Assembly (NCBI GenBank): GCA_964244895.1
Contig: CAXTKV010000012.1
Span: 1-44,868, forward strand
Origin: an uncultured Deinococcales bacterium
GTDB lineage: Bacteria; Deinococcota; Deinococci; Deinococcales; JAAFIG01
Reading direction: 5' to 3'
Length of the DNA stretch: 44,868 nt
Shown here: in pieces, positions 39,248-44,868 of the stretch
Position numbering within the stretch: position 1 is the stretch's first letter
Layout: each line of letters opens with the position of its first letter
Made by a program: the position numbers and the translations under genes
Notes under the pieces: model-generated
Told to the model about the DNA's origin: nothing
Seen by the model: the letters and a program-made list of their open reading frames with translations, nothing else
Databases searched by the model: none

Positions 39248-40618
39248 ATGAACCTCGAGATCGAGACATTTGAACGCGACTGGGACGTGATCGTGATCGG
39301 CGGCGGAACCTCCGGCAGCATCGCCGGCATCGCCGCCTCCAGAGCGGGCGCGAGGACGCTCGCAATCGAACAATTCGGCAGCCTGGGCGGAACCGGAACC
39401 AACGCGCAGGTCACGCCGTTGATGCGCAACGTGTCAAACGGCGTGAACCTGAACCGGGGCATCACCGACGACCTGAAAAACCGCTTGTGCCAACGCGGGG
39501 ACGGCGCCATCGACAAGAACGGCAACGACAACTGGTTCAACCCCGAAGGCATGAAATTCGTGCTGGAGAGGATGCTCATCGAGGCGGGCGGGGAAGTGCT
39601 GTACCACACGCACTTCGTCGCACCGGAACTCGAGGACGGGCGCATCGAGGGCGCGATCGTTCACAACAAGGACGGACTGACGCGCTTGAGGGCGCACACG
39701 TTTATCGACGCCACCGGAGACGCGGACGTGGCCGTGCGCTCCGGCGTGCCCTTCGATGCCGGAGACGCCCAGACCGGACTGCACCAGGCCATGAGCCTGC
39801 GCTTCACGATGGGCGGCGTGAACCTGACGCGATTGTGCGAATTTTTAACGCGCCACGGCCAATGGCAGGAAAGCGAACGCTTCATGCACTTCTGGATGGT
39901 CTGGGACAAGAAATCCACGCTCGAGCCGCTGTTCAAAAAAGGCGTGCAGGACGGACTGCTGCTCGAACGCGACGGCGATTACTTCCAGGGCTTCAGCGTG
40001 CCCGGACAACCCGGCGCGATCTCCTTTAACTGCCCCAGACTGGACGCCGAGATCAACGACGGCGCGGACGCCTGGACGCTTTCCAGGGCGCAAATCGACG
40101 GCAAGCTCGCCATCGACCGCCTGCTGCGCTTCCTGCGCGCCAGCTTCGAGGGCTGCGAGGACGCCTTCATCAGCACCTACGCCCCGATGGTCGGCGTGCG
40201 CGAGACGCGGCGCATTCGCGGTGAGTACACCCTGACGCTCGAGGACATCCTCGAATGCCGCACCTTCCCGGACGCCATCTGCCGCAACCACTACCCGGTG
40301 GACATTCACACGCCGCGCGGCCAGAAGCTCGTTCACGAACGCGAAGGCGCGTACCCGTACTTCGCGCCCGACGCGTACCACGAGATTCCCTACCGCTGCA
40401 TCATCCCTGTCGGCATCACCAACCTGCTCGTGCCGGGACGCGCCGCGTCATCCACCTTCGAAGCCCAGAGCGCCATCCGCGTCCAACAGAACTGCCACAG
40501 CATGGGCGAAGCGGCGGGACTGGCGGCGGCCTGGTGCGCCAGCCGAAACGCGGGAACTCGAGAGATAGACGGAACCGAATTGCGGGAGGCGTTGAAAAAA
40601 CAGGGCGCGTACCTGTGA
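39248..40618 (+). CDS. FAD-dependent oxidoreductase (FAD_oxidored type)
   Basis: DVIVIGGGTSG, IDATGDAD, GVRETRRI, IPYRC..NLLVPGR. Confidence 0.9.
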   Translation: MNLEIETFERDWDVIVIGGGTSGSIAGIAASRAGARTLAIEQFGSLGGTGTNAQVTPLMRNVSNGVNLNRGITDDLKNRLCQRGDGAIDKNGNDNWFNPEGMKFVLERMLIEAGGEVLYHTHFVAPELEDGRIEGAIVHNKDGLTRLRAHTFIDATGDADVAVRSGVPFDAGDAQTGLHQAMSLRFTMGGVNLTRLCEFLTRHGQWQESERFMHFWMVWDKKSTLEPLFKKGVQDGLLLERDGDYFQGFSVPGQPGAISFNCPRLDAEINDGADAWTLSRAQIDGKLAIDRLLRFLRASFEGCEDAFISTYAPMVGVRETRRIRGEYTLTLEDILECRTFPDAICRNHYPVDIHTPRGQKLVHEREGAYPYFAPDAYHEIPYRCIIPVGITNLLVPGRAASSTFEAQSAIRVQQNCHSMGEAAGLAAAWCASRNAGTREIDGTELREALKKQGAYL

Positions 40619-40634
40619 CGGGTGATGGCGAGGG

Positions 40635-40661
40635 AAGGGCACCCACAAGGGGTGCCCCTAC
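40635..40661 (-). repeat. GTAG-class REP immediately upstream of the RAYT
   Basis: Reverse complement GTAGGGGCACCCCTTGTGGGTGCCCTT. Confidence 0.92.
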
Positions 40662-40663
40662 AG

Positions 40664-41188
40664 ATGGGATTTGATGCTTCAAAGCATCGCAGGCGTTCGA
40701 TCCGCCTCGCTGGGCACGACTATGCGCAGAATGGAGCGTATTTCGTGACGATCTGTGTAAACGGGCGGTTGCCTCTGTTCGGTGAAATTCATGATGGCGA
40801 GATGCATCTGAACGATGCAGGACGGATGCTCGAGACCCAGTGGAACGCTTTGCCCGAGAGATTTCCGAATATTGAACCTGACGTTTTCATCGCGATGCCC
40901 AACCACCTTCACGGCATCTTATTTCTCGTAGGGGCACCCCTTGTGGGTGCCCTTTCCGCCGCCCAGCCTGAATTGGGCGATGTGGTCGGAGCCTTTAAAT
41001 CCTTAACGACGAATGCTTACATCCACGGCGTCAAAAACCTCGCCTGGATGCCCTTTGAGACGCGCCTGTGGCAACGCAATTATTTTGAACGCGTGATCCG
41101 TTCCGATCGCGAATTGCTGGACACGCGCGAGTACATCCTGGGGAACCCGGTACGCTGGGAATCCGACGAGGAGAACCCAAACCGATGA
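40664..41188 (+). mobile_element. REP-associated tyrosine transposase (RAYT; IS200/IS605 Y1 HUH family)
   Basis: RRSIRL..HDY...GAYFVTIC, MPNHLH (HUH), FKS, WQRNYFERVIR, EYILGNP (catalytic Tyr); visibly lower GC than its neighbours. Confidence 0.92.
40928..40954 (+). repeat. Identical REP copy in frame within the RAYT gene
   Basis: GTAGGGGCACCCCTTGTGGGTGCCCTT encodes VGAPLVGAL just after the HUH strand. Confidence 0.92.
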
Positions 41189-42705
41189 AACGCGTTCTGT
41201 TCTTGCCGTGCGACACCCGCCCGCCGACCCTGGAGTACGTGCATCAGCTCGCGCGGGTGGCGGGGCTCGAGATGCGTTCGCCGCCGTTGGCGATGCTGAA
41301 CCACCTGAACGAACCGGGCAACATTCCTGGGATCGCGCAGTGGTTGCGGCAGAACGCGGCGTGGGCGGACGTGGCGATCATCACGCTCGAGACGCTGACG
41401 CTGGGCGGGATGATCCCGGCGCGGCGCGTGTCGGACAGTCTCGAAGATGCGCTGGCGCGCCTGGAGATTCTGAGCGAGTTGCGGCGCATCAACCCGAAAT
41501 TGCGAATTCTGGCGTACGGCGTGATCGTTCGTGTGGCGCACGACAACGATCCGTTGGAGGAAAAACCGTATTACGGTGAGCACGGCGCGGGTTTGCGGAA
41601 GGTTTCCGAGTGGATCGACCGGGTGGAACGCGGCGAGGATCCAGAGCAGTTCGCGATGGCGAAACGGGCCGTGCCGGACGATATTCTGGAAGATTGGTTG
41701 GGCACGCGAGAGCGCAATCACGCGATTCATCTGGCGGCGCTCGAGATGCTCAAAGAGGGCACTTTAGAGCATCTGTGTTTAACGCTGGATGACACGACGC
41801 CGTATGGATTGGCAGCTCGGGATCGGCGTCGTCTGGAAGCCCGGATCGACGCGTTGGGCGTGTGGGACAGGGCGGACGTGTATCCCGGCGCGGACGAGGT
41901 GGCGGCGGTTTTGCTGGCTCGAGCCATCGTCAACGATGGTCGGCGAAAGCCGAAAGTCTGGGTGCGGTACCCGTCCACATTGGCGGAATCCGCCGCGATG
42001 CTCTACGAGGACAGGCCGCTCGGGGAGTTGGTCAAGGCGCACCTGCGCGCGGCGGGCTGCGTTCCGGCGTCCAGGCTGACGACCGCCGATCTGGTGCTGG
42101 CCGTCAACGCACCCGCCATCAAGCAGGCGCACCGCCAGCCGGATTTCGAGCTGGTGGACACGGCCAGCCGCCACCTGCCGGAGTTCATCGAGCGCATTCA
42201 GGATGACCTGGAGGCCGAGCGCGCCGTCGCCATCGCGGATGTGGCCTACGCCAACGGCGCGGAGAACCGCTTCACGAAGCTCTTGCTCGAGAATATTGAC
42301 GCGACCAAACTCGCCGGGTACGGCGCGTGGAACACGGCGGGCAACACGCTGGGCGGTGCCATCGCATCCGGCGTGATCGCGCTGTCTGCCACCGATCCGT
42401 TGGCGCTCCTCGAGGCGAACTTTTCCAGGCTGGTGGACGACTGGTTGTACCAGGGGCGGGTGCGCGGTGAGGTTCGCGAATTCCTCGGGAATCCCAGCCC
42501 GTTCGATCTGGGCGAGTTGCGACCCCGAGCGGAAGCCGAGATCACCTCGAGAATTACGCCTCTGGCACGAGATTTATGGGATATGCACTTCGCGCCGCGC
42601 GTACCGGACGTGCGCCTGGAATGGGGCAAGCCGCACCTGTCCTGGCCGCGCTTGTTCACCGGTGTTTTCCCGTTGAAGCTCGTTCAAAACGCGAAGAACG
42701 CCTGA
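41185..42705 (+). CDS. DUF4127 family protein
   Basis: LPCDTRP, GGMIPARR, LTLDDT, YPGADE, ADVAYANGA, YGAWNTAGNTLG, DDWLYQ, WPRLF. Confidence 0.8.
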   Translation: MKRVLFLPCDTRPPTLEYVHQLARVAGLEMRSPPLAMLNHLNEPGNIPGIAQWLRQNAAWADVAIITLETLTLGGMIPARRVSDSLEDALARLEILSELRRINPKLRILAYGVIVRVAHDNDPLEEKPYYGEHGAGLRKVSEWIDRVERGEDPEQFAMAKRAVPDDILEDWLGTRERNHAIHLAALEMLKEGTLEHLCLTLDDTTPYGLAARDRRRLEARIDALGVWDRADVYPGADEVAAVLLARAIVNDGRRKPKVWVRYPSTLAESAAMLYEDRPLGELVKAHLRAAGCVPASRLTTADLVLAVNAPAIKQAHRQPDFELVDTASRHLPEFIERIQDDLEAERAVAIADVAYANGAENRFTKLLLENIDATKLAGYGAWNTAGNTLGGAIASGVIALSATDPLALLEANFSRLVDDWLYQGRVRGEVREFLGNPSPFDLGELRPRAEAEITSRITPLARDLWDMHFAPRVPDVRLEWGKPHLSWPRLFTGVFPLKLVQNAKNA

Positions 42706-42715
42706 GGCGAACCCA

Positions 42716-42765
42716 GGAACACCGTCCAGCACGCATTTCCTGATTTGCGCGCTGGACGGTGTTCC
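42716..42765. repeat. Canonical palindromic repeat doublet
   Basis: GGAACACCGTCCAGCACGCA-tttcctgatt-TGCGCGCTGGACGGTGTTCC. Confidence 0.95.
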
Positions 42766-42784
42766 CGTGCGCGTGACGTGGGCG

Positions 42785-42816
42785 CGTTGACCCAACTTGA
42801 TCAACGTCGTTAGACT
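42785..42816 (+). promoter_or_regulatory. acs promoter with overlapping inverted repeat
   Basis: TTGACC-18-TAGACT; CGTTGA-N10-TCAACG overlaps the -35. Confidence 0.6.
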
Positions 42817-42945
42817 CGGGGCACAAAACAATCTCGTCCCGCTCGAGCCGCAGGCGCGTCCTGAGCGCAGCAGCTCTGAGCATTCGCCAAACACCAGACA
42901 CGGATCACCTCGAGCGTTCTCAGTTCAGCCTTTCAGGAGGACACC

Positions 42946-44868
42946 ATGCCCGAACAGAACATCGACGCCATGCTGAACGAACAGCGACGTTTCGCGCCGC
43001 CCGAGGAGTTCGCGGCCAAAGCCAAGATGGATCGCGCGACTTACGACGCGATGTACAGACGCAGCCTGGAAGAACCCGACGAATTCTGGTCGGAGATCGC
43101 CGACCAACTGCACTGGTTCAAGCGCTGGGACAGGGTGCTCGAGTGGAACGAACCGCACGCGAAATGGTTCGTGGGTGGGCAGACGAACATGGCGTACAAC
43201 TGCCTGGATCGGCAACTGGAATCGCACGCCGACAAGATCGCGATTCTCTGGGAGGGTGAACCCGGCGATGTCCGCAAGGTCACGTACAGGGAATTGCACG
43301 CGGAAGTCTGCAGGTTTTCCAATGTCCTGAAGGGCCTGGGCGTCAACAAGGGCGACCGCGTGACTATTTACCTGCCGATGATCGTCGAGGCGGCAGTCGC
43401 GATGCTGGCCTGCGCCCGAATCGGTGCGACGCACAGCGTGGTCTTCGGCGGTTTCAGCGCGGGCGCGCTGGCGGATCGGATCAACGATTGCCAGTCCAAA
43501 GTGCTGATCGCGGCGGACGGCAGCTACAGGCGCGGTGCGATCGTGCCCTTGAAACAGAACTGCGACGAGGCCCTCGAGAACGCGCCCGGCGTGGAACAGG
43601 TGATCGTCGTCAAACGCACCGGGCACGAGATCGCCTGGAACGATGCGCGCGACCACTGGTATCACGACCTGATGGCGAAAGCCTCAGCCGATTGTCCCGC
43701 CGAACACCTGGACGCCGAACACCCGTTGTTCATCCTGTACACGAGCGGTTCCACCGGCAAGCCCAAAGGCGTGCTGCACACCACGGGCGGCTACATGGTC
43801 AACACCTACCTGACCGCCAGGTACGTCTTCGATCTCGAGGAAACGGACATTTACTGGTGCACCGCCGACGTGGGCTGGGTCACGGGCCACAGCTACGTGG
43901 TCTACGGCTTGCTGAACAACGGCGCGACCGCGCTGATGTACGAGGGCGCGCCCAACCACCCGCACCCTGGACGCATCTGGGAGATCATCAGCAAGCACCA
44001 CGTGACCATCCTCTACACCGCGCCGACCGCGATTCGCGCCTTCATGCGCTCCGGCGACGAGCACCCGAAAGCGCACGACCTGAGTTCCCTGCGCCTGCTG
44101 GGAACCGTCGGTGAGCCGATCAACCCGGAAGCCTGGCTGTGGTACCACCGCGTCATCGGGGACAGCAAAATCCCGATCATCGACACCTGGTGGCAGACTG
44201 AAACGGGTGCGATGATGATCACCACCATCCCCGGCGCGCACGACGCCAAACCCGGCAGCGCGGGCTTACCGATGTTCGGCGTGGAACCCGCCATCATGGA
44301 CAGGGACGGCAACGAACTGGGGCCGAACGAGGGCGGGTTTCTGGTCATCAAACGCCCGTGGCCCAGCATGCTGCGCACCGTCTACGGCGACGACGAACGC
44401 TACCGCCGCGCCTACTGGGGCGAGATTCCGCACGTCTACTTCGCCGGTGACGGCTCGAGGCGCGACGCCGACGGCTACTACACGATCGTGGGGCGCATAG
44501 ACGACGTGCTGAACGTCTCCGGGCACCGATTGGGCACGATGGAAGTCGAAAGCGCGCTGGTCAGCCACCCGAGCGTCGCCGAGAGCGCCGTGGTGGGGCG
44601 TCCCGACCCGATCAAGGGCGAGGGCATCGTGGCCTTCGTGACCCTCAAGGCGGGCAAGGAAGTCACCGTGGACGCCCTGAAAGCCCACGTCGCCAAAGAA
44701 ATCGGCGCGATCGCCAGACCCGACGAGATCCGCTTCACGGATTCCCTGCCCAAAACCCGCAGCGGCAAGATCATGCGGCGCTTGCTGCGCCAGATCGCCA
44801 GCGGGCAGGAGATGAGCGGCGATACCAGCACGCTCGAGGACGTGAGCGTGGTCAACAAGTTGCGGCAA
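42946..44868 (+). CDS. acs: Acetyl-CoA synthetase (3' end cut by the window edge; absent from the ORF track)
   Basis: [18 protein letters not shown]..., [44 protein letters not shown]. Confidence 0.96.
   Translation, partial: MPEQNIDAMLNEQRRFAPPEEFAAKAKMDRATYDAMYRRSLEEPDEFWSEIADQLHWFKRWDRVLEWNEPHAKWFVGGQTNMAYNCLDRQLESHADKIAILWEGEPGDVRKVTYRELHAEVCRFSNVLKGLGVNKGDRVTIYLPMIVEAAVAMLACARIGATHSVVFGGFSAGALADRINDCQSKVLIAADGSYRRGAIVPLKQNCDEALENAPGVEQVIVVKRTGHEIAWNDARDHWYHDLMAKASADCPAEHLDAEHPLFILYTSGSTGKPKGVLHTTGGYMVNTYLTARYVFDLEETDIYWCTADVGWVTGHSYVVYGLLNNGATALMYEGAPNHPHPGRIWEIISKHHVTILYTAPTAIRAFMRSGDEHPKAHDLSSLRLLGTVGEPINPEAWLWYHRVIGDSKIPIIDTWWQTETGAMMITTIPGAHDAKPGSAGLPMFGVEPAIMDRDGNELGPNEGGFLVIKRPWPSMLRTVYGDDERYRRAYWGEIPHVYFAGDGSRRDADGYYTIVGRIDDVLNVSGHRLGTMEVESALVSHPSVAESAVVGRPDPIKGEGIVAFVTLKAGKEVTVDALKAHVAKEIGAIARPDEIRFTDSLPKTRSGKIMRRLLRQIASGQEMSGDTSTLEDVSVVNKLRQ

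Overview
GC-rich bacterial chromosomal window, most likely Deinococcota (inferred from the IF-3 sequence style and many apparently leaderless genes with TANNNT 5-8 nt before the start). It carries about 45 mostly housekeeping or metabolic genes: an ABC-2 exporter, thiN, a YqjM-type OYE, two MFS pumps, phnDCE, HIT, infC, a GGDEF protein, pccB, a molybdate cluster, degV, a frameshifted mmuM, a Ser/Thr kinase, endonuclease III, a G8-domain lipoprotein and acs, which runs off the right edge. The most striking feature is non-coding. A palindromic repeat (unit about AACACCGT-N5-ACG[G/C], usually as a roughly 46-65 bp inverted doublet with a homologous spacer) occurs at about 28 loci, in most intergenic gaps. 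CTCGAG is also extremely over-represented and often forms the ends of this repeat. A REP-associated tyrosine transposase (RAYT) is present with a different, GTAG-class REP, one copy of which sits in frame inside the gene. The best candidate for a new protein system is an XRE-HTH/MOSC fusion divergent from a tsaA-modA-mop-(Cys-less sulfite-oxidase-fold protein)-modB operon. All calls come from reading the sequence by eye; no database searches were run.
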